A DNA stretch of 64,000 bases from positions 1-64,000 of the forward strand of contig JBCCHT010000048.1 in NCBI GenBank assembly GCA_039028615.1. Reading direction: 5' to 3'. Source of the DNA: Myxococcota bacterium. GTDB lineage: Bacteria; Myxococcota_A; Polyangia; Nannocystales; Nannocystaceae. The first letter of the stretch is position 1. The number at the start of each line of letters is the position of its first letter. Below are positions 38,943 to 49,568 of this stretch, piece by piece. The notes under the pieces were generated by a model that was not told the origin of the DNA, searched no databases, and worked only from the letters and a program-made list of their open reading frames with translations. The position numbers and the translations under genes are program-made.

Positions 38943-40976
38943 ATGTCCGGCGATGACGATCGCCTCGGCGCCGAGTCGCCCTTGCCCGCGCTGCGCCGCG
39001 TCCAACCCGAACCCGGCCCGAGCGCTTCGACCTCGTTGCCGCTGGTCGACTCGGGCACGCACCCGGTCGTCGACGTCGGGGCGGCGCCGACTCTCGTCTC
39101 GGCGTCCTCGTTCGATGGTTCCGAGCCAGGCGAGGACGAGGTCGACGACGAGCCCCCCGAGAGCTTCGGCCTCCGCTACGGCGACCTCGGCATGCTCGGG
39201 CGCGGTGGCATGGGCGAGGTCCGCCTCGCTCGCGAGCAACACGTGGGACGCCGCGTCGCGCTGAAGGTCATCCGTCGCGGTCGAGCCCATCGCCCTCGCT
39301 CGCGCGCCCGCTTCATGCGGGAGGCCCGGATCCAGGCGCAGCTCGAGCACCCCGCCGTCGTCCCGGTCTACGACCTCTCCCAGACCCCCGACGGCCGCCC
39401 CTACTTCACCATGAAGCGGGTCAGCGGCGTCACCCTCGAGGAGGTCGTGGGCAGCCTGCGCGCCGAGGACTCGCAGTCGCACGAGAACTACTCGCGTCGC
39501 CGCCTGCTCGAGGCGTTCTCCCGCGTGTGCCTGGCCGTCGACTACGTGCACAAAAGCGGCGTCCTGCACCGCGACCTCAAGCCCAGCAACGTCATGCTCG
39601 GACGCTTCGGCGAGGTCTACTTGCTCGACTGGGGCTTGGCCAAGCTGTTCCGAGAGGACCAGGACGAGGTCCTGCCCGACGATCCGGTCGAGCACTCCGA
39701 TGCCGCCACGCTCGACGACACGGAGGGCGGCACCGAAGGCGGCACCAAGGCGGGCGAGCTGATGGGCACGCCCGGCTACATGTCGCCCGAGCAGATCGAC
39801 GGCGGCGGCCGGGAGCTCGACGAGCGGGCCGACATCTACTCGCTGGGGGCCATCCTCTTCGAGCTGCTGACCTTCCAGCCCCTGCACGCGCCGGGCCCCG
39901 TGCAGCGCAAGATCGGCTCCACCATTCGCGGCGCCGATGCCCGGGCGCATCAACGCTTTCCCGAGCGCGACATCCCGCCCGAGCTCGAGGCCATCTGCGT
40001 CAAGGCGACCGCCGACGAGCCGGAGGATCGCCACGCCAGCGCGCGGGCCCTGGCCCAGGCCGTAGAGTCGTTCCTCGATGGCGACCGCGACCTCACCCTG
40101 CGCCGCGAGATGGCCCACCGCTGGGCCGGCCTGGCCGAGGTCGCCGCGGAAGAGGCCATCGCCAAGGGGAGCCTCGAGGCCCGCAGCCGCGCCCTGGAGC
40201 ACGCCAGTCGAGCCATGGCCCTCGACCCCGGCCACGAGCGTGCGCGCTCGACCTTCGTGCGACTGCTGCTCGAGCCACCGCGGACCATGCCGACCGCCGC
40301 GGCCGAGAGCGTGCTCGAGGCCGACCGCGCCGCGGAGCGAGTCTCGGCCCGCGGGGGCGCGTTCGGCTACACCGCGTGGCTGTTCTTCCTGCCCTTCGTC
40401 ACCTGGATGGGAGTCCGCCACTGGGGCCTCGTCGTCGCCCTCATCGCCTGCGTGCTCGTGGCCCTGGGGTCGAGCCTGGTCGCGATCAAGCACGTCAAGC
40501 CCGAGGTCTGGGCGCGGCCCCTGGCCTTCGTCGCTGGCCTGGGCGCGCTGGCCTTGCTGGGGCGCCTGTTCGGCCCGCTGGTGCTCGTACCGGGCCTCGC
40601 CGCGACCAACACCGCGGCCGTGCTCGTGCACGCGTCACGACGCCGCCGAATCTTCTACGTGAGCGCAGCCGCGGCCGTGGTGGTGCTGCCCCTGCTCGGC
40701 GAGGTGCTGGGCTGGCTGCCGCGCTCGTACACCTTCGTCGACGGGGGCGTGATGATCATGCCGCACATGGCCGACCTGCCCGAGGTGGCCTCCATGACCT
40801 TCCTAATCGCGGCCACCATCACCGCGATCGTGGTGCCGCCGCTGCTGCTCGCGCGCACCCGCGATGGCCTGCGGGCGGCCGAGCGCAAGCTCGCGCTGCA
40901 CGCCTGGCAGATGGAGCAGCTGCTGCCCCGATCCGCCCGCCCGCTGGTCAACCGCACCAGCAGCGAAGGGTTCTAG
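38943..40976 (+). CDS. Hanks-type Ser/Thr protein kinase with a multi-TM C-terminal domain
   Basis: GRGGMG, VALK, HRDLKPSN, DWG and GTPGYMSPEQ are all intact. Confidence 0.95.
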   Translation: MSGDDDRLGAESPLPALRRVQPEPGPSASTSLPLVDSGTHPVVDVGAAPTLVSASSFDGSEPGEDEVDDEPPESFGLRYGDLGMLGRGGMGEVRLAREQHVGRRVALKVIRRGRAHRPRSRARFMREARIQAQLEHPAVVPVYDLSQTPDGRPYFTMKRVSGVTLEEVVGSLRAEDSQSHENYSRRRLLEAFSRVCLAVDYVHKSGVLHRDLKPSNVMLGRFGEVYLLDWGLAKLFREDQDEVLPDDPVEHSDAATLDDTEGGTEGGTKAGELMGTPGYMSPEQIDGGGRELDERADIYSLGAILFELLTFQPLHAPGPVQRKIGSTIRGADARAHQRFPERDIPPELEAICVKATADEPEDRHASARALAQAVESFLDGDRDLTLRREMAHRWAGLAEVAAEEAIAKGSLEARSRALEHASRAMALDPGHERARSTFVRLLLEPPRTMPTAAAESVLEADRAAERVSARGGAFGYTAWLFFLPFVTWMGVRHWGLVVALIACVLVALGSSLVAIKHVKPEVWARPLAFVAGLGALALLGRLFGPLVLVPGLAATNTAAVLVHASRRRRIFYVSAAAAVVVLPLLGEVLGWLPRSYTFVDGGVMIMPHMADLPEVASMTFLIAATITAIVVPPLLLARTRDGLRAAERKLALHAWQMEQLLPRSARPLVNRTSSEGF

Positions 40977-40978
40977 CG

Positions 40979-42514
40979 TCAGCCGCGGGCCAGCGCGGGC
41001 CAGCGCGGGTGCTCGGGGTCGGCAAGGAGCTGGCGGACGGCCTGGGGGAGCGCCTCGGCGATGTCCAGCGCGACCGGTCCGGGGCCGTCGCCGAGCTGCT
41101 CGCCCGCCAGGCCGTGCACGTGCACCGCGATCCGAGCGGCCGCGGACACGGGCACGCCCCGCGCCAGCAGCGAGCCTCCCAGGCCCGCCAGCACATCGCC
41201 CGAGCCCGCCGTCGCGAGGGCTGGACCCCCGCTGACCGCCACCCAGGTAATGCCGTCGGGGGCGGCGATGAGGCTCCCCTCCCCTTTGAGCACGACGAAG
41301 GCATGGGTCGCGCCCGCCAACCGTCGGGCCGACTCCAGGCGCTCGGCCTGCACCAGCGCCGCCGACCAGCCCACGTCGGGCTCGAGCCGCGACAACAGCC
41401 GCGCCGCCTCCCCGGGGTGCGGCGTCAGGATGCGAGAGCCGGCTGGCTGCGCTCCATCGAGCGGCACGTGGTCCAGCGCGCTGGCGTCCCACAATGCAGG
41501 CCGCGGATCCTGGAGGTACAGCCGCGGCAGGGCCTCGTGCGACGCGGGATCGGTGAGCCCGGGTCCGACCACCAGGGCCTGAGCGCGGCGCAGAAGCTCG
41601 GCCGGGTCGGCCACGAAGGGCGCCGTCATCAGCTCGGGTCGAGACACGACCATGGCCGCGCCGAGGCCCGGATCCGGGCTCGCCACCGTCACCAAGCCCG
41701 TGCCCCCGCGCAGCGCAGCGATACCCGCCAAGATGGCCGCGCCCGTGGTCCCCGGGCTTCCGCCCACGATGCCCAGGTGCCCCCGCTGCCCCTTGTGGGC
41801 GCCCGCGGGCAGCCGGCTCAGCGTGGTGCTCACCCCCTGCGGATCGAGCAGGGCCACGCGATCGTCGACGGCCGGAGGCTCGACCAGGCCGATGTCGGCC
41901 ACCACCACCCGGCCGGCGTGGGCGCGCCCCGGGGTGATGTGCAGCCCGGGCTTGCTGCGAGCGAAGGTCACCGTGCAGCGCGCGTGCACGGCCAGGCCCG
42001 CCACCACGCCCGTATCCGGGTCGATGCCCGTGGGAAGGTCGATCGCGACGCAGCGCGCCTCGTGCTCGGCCAGCCACTGCACCGCCTCGCCGACGCTGCC
42101 TCGCGGTACGCCGCGGCTCCCCGTGCCGAGCAGCGCGTCCACCCACAGGCGGCTCGCGTCCTGCTCGCAGGGAAGACCGCGGTGCACCACCACGCCCATC
42201 GCCCGAGCCAAGGTCAGCTGCTCGGCCACCGCGGCGTTGTGGGACTCGGTGACCAACCACGCGACCGCGTCGATCCCCCAGCCCCGCAGCTGCCGGGCCA
42301 CCGCCAGGCCGTCGCCGCCGTTGTTGCCCGGCCCGACCAGCACGCCGACCTTGCCGTCGTGCGCCCCGGCCATGGCCGCGACCTCCTGCGAGACACACAG
42401 CGCCGCCCGCTCCATGAGCAGCAGCGACGGCACCCGCAAGGTGTCCATGGTGTGACGATCGCTGGCGGCCGCCGTCGCGGCCGTCCACAGCAGCGCGGGC
42501 GCGGAACTCTTCAT
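40979..42514 (-). CDS. nnr: Bifunctional NAD(P)H-hydrate epimerase/dehydratase
   Basis: LMERA, GPGNNGGDG, DALLGTG, HKGQRG, TPHPGE and ATAGSGDVLAG. Confidence 0.95.
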   Translation of the reverse strand: MKSSAPALLWTAATAAASDRHTMDTLRVPSLLLMERAALCVSQEVAAMAGAHDGKVGVLVGPGNNGGDGLAVARQLRGWGIDAVAWLVTESHNAAVAEQLTLARAMGVVVHRGLPCEQDASRLWVDALLGTGSRGVPRGSVGEAVQWLAEHEARCVAIDLPTGIDPDTGVVAGLAVHARCTVTFARSKPGLHITPGRAHAGRVVVADIGLVEPPAVDDRVALLDPQGVSTTLSRLPAGAHKGQRGHLGIVGGSPGTTGAAILAGIAALRGGTGLVTVASPDPGLGAAMVVSRPELMTAPFVADPAELLRRAQALVVGPGLTDPASHEALPRLYLQDPRPALWDASALDHVPLDGAQPAGSRILTPHPGEAARLLSRLEPDVGWSAALVQAERLESARRLAGATHAFVVLKGEGSLIAAPDGITWVAVSGGPALATAGSGDVLAGLGGSLLARGVPVSAAARIAVHVHGLAGEQLGDGPGPVALDIAEALPQAVRQLLADPEHPRWPALARG

Positions 42515-42891
42515 GCGACCGCCACCGCCACGGCCGCCGCCATGCCCCCGGCATGCGTGATCGACAGCAGCATCGACGTCACCCCGCGGGCCTCGGCCAC
42601 TTCACGGGCCCGCCCCGCCATGATCACCTTGGGCCCGTGCTCTCCCGAGCGCGCGGGCATCACCTCGACATCGTGCCAGCCGATGCCCTTGGGGGCCCCC
42701 AGCGCCTTGCTGGTGGCCTCTTTCGCGGCGAAGCGAGCGGCCAGGCACTCCCAGGGCAGCGCGCGACCGAAGCAATAGTCGGCCTCGCGCTGGGTGCAGA
42801 TACGCAGCACGAAGCGGTCCCCGTGGCGCTCCACCGCCCGCTGCATCCGCTCCACCGGACACAGGTCGAGGCCCAGGCCCACGACGCTCAT
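42511..42891 (-). CDS. acpS: Holo-ACP synthase
   Basis: [14 protein letters not shown] and LSITH. Confidence 0.95.
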   Translation of the reverse strand: MSVVGLGLDLCPVERMQRAVERHGDRFVLRICTQREADYCFGRALPWECLAARFAAKEATSKALGAPKGIGWHDVEVMPARSGEHGPKVIMAGRAREVAEARGVTSMLLSITHAGGMAAAVAVAVA

Positions 42892-44243
42892 GTGGGCGCT
42901 CCGAGCTCGCTGGCAGCCGCATCGAGGATCTTGTCGATCTGCGCCCCGATCCCGGCGTCGTCCGCCGCCTCGACCATCACGCGGAGCTTGGCTTCGGTGC
43001 CCGAGTAGCGCACGAGCACCCGCCCCGTGTCGCCGAGCTCGGCCTCGACGTCGCGGATGGCTCGGCTGACGCCGGGCAGGCGATCGATGGGGGTCTTGCG
43101 CCCGACCTTGAGGCTGCGGGTCACCTGGGGGAAGCGGGTCATCACGCTCGCGAGCTTGGACAAGGGGCTGCCCGTGCGCTGCATGATGGTGAGCACCTGC
43201 AGGCCCGCGACCAAGCCGTCGCCCGTGGTGGCGTTGTCGAGGAACACCAGGTGCCCCGACTGCTCACCCCCGAGGTTGTAGCCGCCCGCCCGCATCGCCT
43301 CGACCACGTAGCGGTCGCCGACCGGGGTCCGCACCAGCTGCAAGCCGACCTCTTCGAGCGAGCGCTCGAGACCCAGGTTCGACATCACGGTGGCCACCAC
43401 CGCGCCGCCCTGGAGCTCGCCGCGCAGGGCCATGTCGCGGGCACACATGCACATCAGCACGTCCCCGTCGACGGCCTCGCCCCGCTCGTCGCACATCACC
43501 GCCCGGTCCGCGTCGCCGTCGAGCGCCAGCCCGAGGTCGGCCCCGTGCTCGCGCACCGCCTCCTGGATGCGCTCGGGGTGCATGGCCCCGACGCCGTCAT
43601 TGATGTTGGTGCCGTTGGGCTCGCAGCCGATGGCGATGACCTCGGCCCCCAGCTCGCGCAGCACGGTGGGCGCCACCCGATAGCCCGCCCCGTGGGCACA
43701 GTCGACGACGATCTTCAGCCCGTCGAGGTCGTGCTCGGAGGAGAACGCCTGCTTGACGCGGGTCAGGTAGCGCCCGGCCGCATCGTCGAGACGGAACGCG
43801 CGGCCGATGTCGGCGCCCCGCGCCCGGTGCTCGTCGAGATCCGATTCCATCAGCATCTCGAGATGAGCCTCGACGTCGTCGGGCAGCTTGTACCCGTTGC
43901 CTGCGAACAGCTTGATCCCGTTGTCGGCGAAGTGGTTGTGGCTCGCCGAGATGACGACGCCGGCCGACGCCCGCAGCGACTGCGTGATGTAGGCGATGCC
44001 CGGGGTCGGCAGCGGCCCGACCAGCGTCACGTCGGCTCCCACCGCACACAGCCCGGAGGTCAGCGCGCTCTCGAAGAGGTAGCCCGAAAGCCGCGTGTCC
44101 TTGCCGACGACGATGGTTCCATCGCGACCGAAGTGGGCGGCGACCGCCATCCCCACTCGCATCGCCGTCTCCGGGGTCATGGGTGAGGCGTTGGCCTCAC
44201 CGCGAATCCCGTCGGTCCCGAAGAATCGGCGCGCGTTACCCAT
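42888..44243 (-). CDS. glmM: Phosphoglucosamine mutase
   Basis: [27 protein letters not shown] and RYSGTE. Confidence 0.97.
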   Translation of the reverse strand: MGNARRFFGTDGIRGEANASPMTPETAMRVGMAVAAHFGRDGTIVVGKDTRLSGYLFESALTSGLCAVGADVTLVGPLPTPGIAYITQSLRASAGVVISASHNHFADNGIKLFAGNGYKLPDDVEAHLEMLMESDLDEHRARGADIGRAFRLDDAAGRYLTRVKQAFSSEHDLDGLKIVVDCAHGAGYRVAPTVLRELGAEVIAIGCEPNGTNINDGVGAMHPERIQEAVREHGADLGLALDGDADRAVMCDERGEAVDGDVLMCMCARDMALRGELQGGAVVATVMSNLGLERSLEEVGLQLVRTPVGDRYVVEAMRAGGYNLGGEQSGHLVFLDNATTGDGLVAGLQVLTIMQRTGSPLSKLASVMTRFPQVTRSLKVGRKTPIDRLPGVSRAIRDVEAELGDTGRVLVRYSGTEAKLRVMVEAADDAGIGAQIDKILDAAASELGAPT

Positions 44244-44307
44244 GAGGGATGGATCTACCGCCCTCCCGCGGGACGCTCAACACCCGTGTCCGTGTGCCTA
44301 CTCGGCC

Positions 44308-45333
44308 CTACTCGGGCGGCGGCAGGTCGAGGGTGGGTGCCGGGGGCGGAGGCTCGGGCAGCGGCACGCGCTCGACCTCACGGTCGAGGTTCAGGCGCTC
44401 CCGCAGGTCGGCCGAGACCTCGTCGAGCCAGGAAAATCGCACTTCCGCGACCCCGCCCCCCTCGCCTTCGCCCTCGCCGCGCACGGCCTCCGCCTCCACG
44501 GGCGGGCTCAGCTCCATGCCGTCCAGGAGCCGGAAATCCGGCAGCGGGCCCGCGACTTCCACCTCGTAGGTCCGCGGCACCACCCCCATGGGGTCGAGGT
44601 CCCGCGACACGGCCACCGTCACCGTGTAGCGCCGGGTCTCGTGGCGGGCGTTGATCACCGCGCGGACGGTCACCACCGCCCCCTCGCCGTCGGTATCCAT
44701 CAGCGAAACCCCGTCCGGGGGCAGCTTGAGGGGACGCGCGGCTTCCACGTCGTGGTCGGCCCCGTCGATGTCCAGCGCCTGCGCCAACAGCTGCTCGACG
44801 CGATCGACCCGCGACTTCCCCCCGCGTACCCGCCAGCGACTGGGCCGCACCTCGACCCCCACCAGCTCGTAGTCGAGCGCGGGTTCGCCCGAGACCTGCG
44901 ACTTCACCACCAGCTCGCGCTCGACGATCTCGTCGAAGCGCAGGTCGACCTTGTCGTACTGCACCCCGGCCAGCACCACCCCCGAGGGCATCACGATCCC
45001 GCCCCGATCGATGTCGAGCGGCCCGGGGCGCGCCTCCTCGAGGTCGAGCACCGCCGTTCCGAAGTCGTAGTCCTGCAGCCGGTTGATCCGCGCCCAGGGC
45101 CCGCGTGCCTGCACCTGGATGGTCTCGGGCAGCTCGGTCATGAGCACCCGCTGCGGGTCGTCGATGACGCGCAGCGGCACCGTGAACACCCGGGTGACGT
45201 CGTCGCGGCTGAACACGAACATCACCGCCGCCAGCACGAATGCGATGGCCTTGAGCCCCCAGTTGCGGAACAGAAGATCCGCCATGAAGCGCATCGGCGT
45301 CGGCCGTGGCGGGAGCGGCTCGGCTCGCCTCAT
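44308..45333 (-). CDS. cdaR: CdaR/YbbR-like protein
   Basis: RNWGLKAIAFVLA TM followed by YbbR-like repeats. Lies between cdaA and glmM with an ATGA overlap. Confidence 0.8.
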   Translation of the reverse strand: MRRAEPLPPRPTPMRFMADLLFRNWGLKAIAFVLAAVMFVFSRDDVTRVFTVPLRVIDDPQRVLMTELPETIQVQARGPWARINRLQDYDFGTAVLDLEEARPGPLDIDRGGIVMPSGVVLAGVQYDKVDLRFDEIVERELVVKSQVSGEPALDYELVGVEVRPSRWRVRGGKSRVDRVEQLLAQALDIDGADHDVEAARPLKLPPDGVSLMDTDGEGAVVTVRAVINARHETRRYTVTVAVSRDLDPMGVVPRTYEVEVAGPLPDFRLLDGMELSPPVEAEAVRGEGEGEGGGVAEVRFSWLDEVSADLRERLNLDREVERVPLPEPPPPAPTLDLPPPE

Positions 45334-46406
45334 GCCTTGTTGGCCTCCACGCTCACCCGCAGCCCGCTCTCGGACTCGTCTCGCGGCCGGATGATGGCGC
45401 TCGAACGAAGGCCGCTCTCCGCTTCGTCCTTGGGCCGGATGATCGCGTTGGAGCGGGTCGTCTCCGACTCGTCGCGGCGACGCACGGAGCCGACCCGGCT
45501 GGAGCTCTCGGGCTCGTCTCGGCGTCGGATCACGGCGCTGCGGTCCAGGTCGAGGCGGGACATGTCGGCGCGCGACAGCTCGGAGGTCGACAGCTCCGCC
45601 TGGCTCTCGGAGGCCCCGGCGGGCGCCCGGGTAGCCTCGGCCCGCGGCGTGGTGAGCCACTCGGTGATGCGCGCCTCGAGCTCGGAGACGCGCAGCGCCT
45701 CGGTCATCTGTCCGTGCTGCACCAGCCGCAGCTCGCCCCGCTCCTCGCTCACCACCAGCGCGAGGGCGTCGGTCTCCTCGGTGCACCCGATGGCCGCCCG
45801 ATGGCGCGTGCCGAAGCGCGGGTCGAGGTGCTGCTCGGTCAGCGGGCAGATGATGCCGGCCCGGGCGATCCGCAGGTCCTCGATCAAGATCCCGCCGTCG
45901 TGGGCGGTGTTGACCGCATGCGGCACGCACAGCGCGACCAGGGTCTCCGAGCGCAGCGGAGCGTCGATGCGAGCGCCGCGGTGGGTCGCCACCGCGAGCA
46001 TGTCGATCTCGCCCTGCAGGATGACCAGGGCGCCGACGCGCGCTCGCTTGAGCCGCTCGAGGCTGGCCACCAGCTCGCCCACCGCGGACTCGGCCGCCTC
46101 CCGTCGCCCCGCGGGCAGGAGCCGCTGGCCGATGTACAGCAACGCCCGCCGCAGCTCCTGCTGGAACACCACGATGACCAGCAAGATCACCGACGAGAAC
46201 ACGTACTTGAGCAGGCTGGCGACCGCGATGAGGTCGAGCGCCTGCACCGTCCACGCGAGCACGCCGAACGAGGCCACCGCCACCAACACGGGCGCCGCCC
46301 GGGTGCCCTGGACGACGCGCAGCAGCCAGTACGCGATGAGGAAGAGCAGCCCGAAGTCGAGCCCGTCCCGCCACGTAAAGGCCGATATGAACTCGGTGGG
46401 ACTCAA
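45330..46406 (-). CDS. cdaA: Diadenylate cyclase CdaA/DacA with a C-terminal charged repeat tail
   Basis: 3 TM, FQQELRRAL, GALVIL, HDGG, GTRHRAA and VVSEERG. The TTG start overlaps the folP stop. Confidence 0.9.
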   Translation of the reverse strand: MSPTEFISAFTWRDGLDFGLLFLIAYWLLRVVQGTRAAPVLVAVASFGVLAWTVQALDLIAVASLLKYVFSSVILLVIVVFQQELRRALLYIGQRLLPAGRREAAESAVGELVASLERLKRARVGALVILQGEIDMLAVATHRGARIDAPLRSETLVALCVPHAVNTAHDGGILIEDLRIARAGIICPLTEQHLDPRFGTRHRAAIGCTEETDALALVVSEERGELRLVQHGQMTEALRVSELEARITEWLTTPRAEATRAPAGASESQAELSTSELSRADMSRLDLDRSAVIRRRDEPESSSRVGSVRRRDESETTRSNAIIRPKDEAESGLRSSAIIRPRDESESGLRVSVEANKA

Positions 46407-47353
46407 GCTCGAGCCTCCCCGGCCGCAGCGTTCGGTCCCGACAACTGCTCGAAGGCGGAGCGAATGCCCCGGGCCACCGAGACCGCCTGCACCGTCTCGC
46501 GGACATCGTGCACTCGCAGCACGCTCGCGCCGTGCTGCACCGCCATGATCGCGGCGGCGAGGCTGCCCGGCAGTCGCTGCTCGGCCGCGGGGGTGTCGGT
46601 CGCGATGACGCCCAAGAAGCTCTTGCGACTCGCCCCGATCAGCACCGCGCAACCCGTGGCTTCCCGCAGTGCCTCGGAGGCCGCGACCAAGGCCGCGCTC
46701 TGCTGGGCGGTCTTGCCGAAGCCGATGCCCGGGTCCACGAGGATCCGGTCGCGCTCGATCCCCCCGGCCACGGCCGCGTCGACGCGCGCCACGAGTTCAT
46801 CGGTCACCTCGCGCACCACGTCGTCGAAGGCGACCTGCGTCTGCATCGTCTGCGGCCGACCGCGAAGGTGTCCGATGACCAGGCCGGCGTTGGCCTCGGC
46901 CACCACCGCGATCATGCGAAGGTCCGCGAGCCCGCTGATGTCGTTGGCGATGCTCGCCCCCGCCGCCAGCGCCTGCGCAGCCACGTCGGCGCGCCGCGTG
47001 TCGACGCTGATCGGAACCTCGCGTAGCGCCGCGTCGGCGTGCAGCGCCGCGATGAGCGGCACGACACGACGGGCTTCCTCTGCCTCGGGCACGGGCTCCG
47101 CTCCGGGGCGCGTGGACTCGCCGCCGATGTCGAGCAGGTCGGCGCCCTGCGTCACGCAACGACGCGCGTGCTCGAGCGCCGCATCGAGGGCCGGCGCATG
47201 ACCATCGTGCAGTCGCCCGCCGTCGAAGAACGAGTCGGGCGTGACGTTGACGATGGCCATGACGCGCGGACGGTCGAGCGCCATCACGCCGCGCCCATGG
47301 GCCCAGTCGCTCGAAGGGCCCGGGGCAACGCCCAGCGGCTCACCGTCCATCAT
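46403..47353 (-). CDS. folP: Dihydropteroate synthase
   Basis: NVTPDSFFDGG, DIGGESTRPG, DPGIGFGK, SRKS and RVHDV. Confidence 0.97.
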   Translation of the reverse strand: MMDGEPLGVAPGPSSDWAHGRGVMALDRPRVMAIVNVTPDSFFDGGRLHDGHAPALDAALEHARRCVTQGADLLDIGGESTRPGAEPVPEAEEARRVVPLIAALHADAALREVPISVDTRRADVAAQALAAGASIANDISGLADLRMIAVVAEANAGLVIGHLRGRPQTMQTQVAFDDVVREVTDELVARVDAAVAGGIERDRILVDPGIGFGKTAQQSAALVAASEALREATGCAVLIGASRKSFLGVIATDTPAAEQRLPGSLAAAIMAVQHGASVLRVHDVRETVQAVSVARGIRSAFEQLSGPNAAAGEARA

Positions 47354-47436
47354 CGCGACTCATGGTAGCGCCGCCAGGCGAAACGCTCACGACTGCGAAA
47401 TTCGCGCAAGGCAGGATTTTGGTGCTCGCCGAAGTG

Positions 47437-48807
47437 CTACGAGGAAGCCCGAGGGTGTGGCCCCGATCGACGCACGCCGCCGCGGCCGAACTGCTTGGCA
47501 TCGATTCCGTAGCGCCGCAGCAGCTTGTGCAAGTACTTCCGATCCATGTCGGCTTCGCGAGCGGCCCGCGAGATGTTGCCCTCGGCCCGCTGGAGCAGCC
47601 ACTGGAGGTAGGCCTCCTCGAAGAACTCGATGGCTCGCTCTTTTTGCTCGCGGAAGGTCAGCGTGGGGTCGAACTCGATGGGCTCGCCGGGCCCGCTGTT
47701 GCGCCGCCCCGCCGTGATGAGGTCGATGACCCCGTCCGGCGACAGATAGGCGCTGCGCTCGACCACGTTGCGAAGCTCCCGAACATTGCCCGGCCACTCG
47801 TAGCCGACCAGGCGGGCCATGGCCTCGGGCCCGGGGGGCTTCCACATGCCCGGAGGCAGGCGTCGCGAGAAGTGCTCGATGAGCACGGGAATGTCCTCTC
47901 GGCGCTCCCGCAGCGGCGGCAGCACGGGATTGACCACCGCAAGCCGGAAGTAGAGGTCTTCGCGGAAGTCACCGCTGTCGACCTGGTCCCGCAGGGTACG
48001 GTCGCACGCCGCCACCACCCGGATCTGGACCTGGACCTCCTCGGTCCCGCCGACGCGACGCAATCGCTGGTTTTCGAGGACCCGCAGGAGCTTGGGCTGG
48101 AGGTCCCGCGGCATCTCGCCGATCTCGTCGAGGAACACCGTCCCCTGGTGGGCGAGCTCCAAGGCCCCCGCGCGCGTCTCGCCTCCCTCTTCGCGACCGA
48201 ACAGCTCCGCCTCGATGAGGTCGGGAGCAATGGCGCCACAGTCGACGACCACGAAGGGGCCCTCGGCGCGGTTGGAGGTCTGGTGCAGAGCCCGAGCCAC
48301 GAGGTCCTTGCCCGTGCCCGTCTCGCCCTCCAGCAAGATGGTCACCTCCGTCGCGGCGACGCGCTCGAGCACGCCGAAGATCTTGCGCATGGCCAGACTA
48401 CGGCCCAGCACCTCGCCGAATCGCTCTTGGTCGCTCGGCAGAATTTCGGCGCGCGCGTCCCGGGGCAAAAACCGCAGCTGTACCTTGCCGACGCCGAGCA
48501 CGTCACCGGGCTTGAGATAGCCGTCGGTGACCCGGGCGTTGCCGATGAACGTCCCGTTGGTCGAGCCCTTGTCGGTGACCCGGTAGTTGTCACCTTCGCG
48601 CCTGATCTCGACGTGTTGGCGGCTGATCGAGTCGTCGGGCAAGACCACGTCGCACTGCCGGGACTTGCCCAGCACCACCCGCTCGTTCAGGACCTCGATT
48701 TCGCGCCCGCGTAGCTCACCGCTGAGCACCTGCAGGCGGTAGCCCTGGTGCCGTACCTCGAGTTCCTCCGGCTGAACCTGCGTGGAGTCTTCATGCACGG
48801 ACATCAA
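47437..48807 (-). CDS. FHA-AAA+-Fis HTH enhancer-binding-family regulator lacking GAFTGA
   Basis: FHA motifs (ISRQH, STNGT), Walker [33 protein letters not shown] and an HTH. Confidence 0.92.
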   Translation of the reverse strand: MMSVHEDSTQVQPEELEVRHQGYRLQVLSGELRGREIEVLNERVVLGKSRQCDVVLPDDSISRQHVEIRREGDNYRVTDKGSTNGTFIGNARVTDGYLKPGDVLGVGKVQLRFLPRDARAEILPSDQERFGEVLGRSLAMRKIFGVLERVAATEVTILLEGETGTGKDLVARALHQTSNRAEGPFVVVDCGAIAPDLIEAELFGREEGGETRAGALELAHQGTVFLDEIGEMPRDLQPKLLRVLENQRLRRVGGTEEVQVQIRVVAACDRTLRDQVDSGDFREDLYFRLAVVNPVLPPLRERREDIPVLIEHFSRRLPPGMWKPPGPEAMARLVGYEWPGNVRELRNVVERSAYLSPDGVIDLITAGRRNSGPGEPIEFDPTLTFREQKERAIEFFEEAYLQWLLQRAEGNISRAAREADMDRKYLHKLLRRYGIDAKQFGRGGVRRSGPHPRASS

Positions 48808-48933
48808 GCTACCAGCGCAGGCACGACCTCAAAAGAATGCATGGCCCCAAACGCGAACGAGGGCCGCTCGCATCGCTGCGAACGTCCCTCGTGTGGGTCC
48901 GATGGCCCGGACCCGTGGCTCGGCCCTCGGGCC

Positions 48934-49116
48934 TTAGATGTAGAAGTCGACGACCGCGACGCCCCGCTTGGTCTGCTCGGTGGGCTCGGCCTTTTGGCGC
49001 GGGCGGGCGTTCTCGAACTGCGGCCGGTGTAGCGGTAGCTGGAGGCGAGGAGCCTCTTCGGGCGCAGGAGAACGGCGGCGGGTGGTCGGACGCTCAGAAA
49101 TCCAGTTTGCTGGCAT
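48934..49116 (-). CDS. Small protein (60 aa) ending RGVAVVDFYI
   Basis: GAGGA RBS 6 nt before the ATG and a sigma54-like promoter upstream. Confidence 0.65.
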   Translation of the reverse strand: MPANWISERPTTRRRSPAPEEAPRLQLPLHRPQFENARPRQKAEPTEQTKRGVAVVDFYI

Positions 49117-49167
49117 ACGTGGTCCTCGGGCAGTTGGACGCGCAATCACGGCTTCTTCTTCGATTGG

Positions 49168-49184
49168 TGCAAGCGCGGGGCCAG
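49168..49184 (-). promoter_or_regulatory. Putative sigma54 (-24/-12) promoter
   Basis: Minus strand reads CTGG-CCCCGCGCTT-GCA (TGGC..TTGCA, GG-N10-GC). Confidence 0.7.
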
Positions 49185-49568
49185 ATGTGGACACCGGGTG
49201 AGTGATCGCGAGAACGTGTGAATTCTCGGCGATGCGCGGCACGAAGTCGACTTTTTGCCCTAAAGCCGCCCCCCGACACCCGTTGGCTGGGTGGCTTGTG
49301 TTGTGGCCGCGTGGCGTCCCCACGGTTTCAGAATAACCCCGCAATTGGGCCGCGCAAGGTGGCTCACATGGCAGGTTTCCCTACCTGTAGGCGGCGCTCA
49401 TCGATGTCGGCATCTCGCCCGAATCGGCCCGATCGTCTTCGGCGAGCATCGCACCCCGCCCACGCACCGCTCAGGGTTTTTGCCGAGCGCGAAAATCGTA
49501 CGAAAAATTACACCACTTGCATGCGTGAAAAATCAACACGCGCACCGCGGCGAGATCACAGGGAGTTT

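Noticed and set aside
37113..40631. 1172-aa minus-strand ORF, and similar long ORFs at 39527..42778, 5478..8285, 44095..46548 and 52238..54409
   Set aside because: These are shadow ORFs of real genes caused by GC-rich codon bias, with no recognisable motifs.
42511..42891. acpS as a marker of a PKS/NRPS cluster
   Set aside because: It sits in the housekeeping glmM-acpS-nnr context with no biosynthetic genes.
49117..49568. tRNA or known ncRNA in the long intergenic region
   Set aside because: I recognise no cloverleaf, T-loop or known ncRNA signature. An Rfam search would be needed to exclude one.
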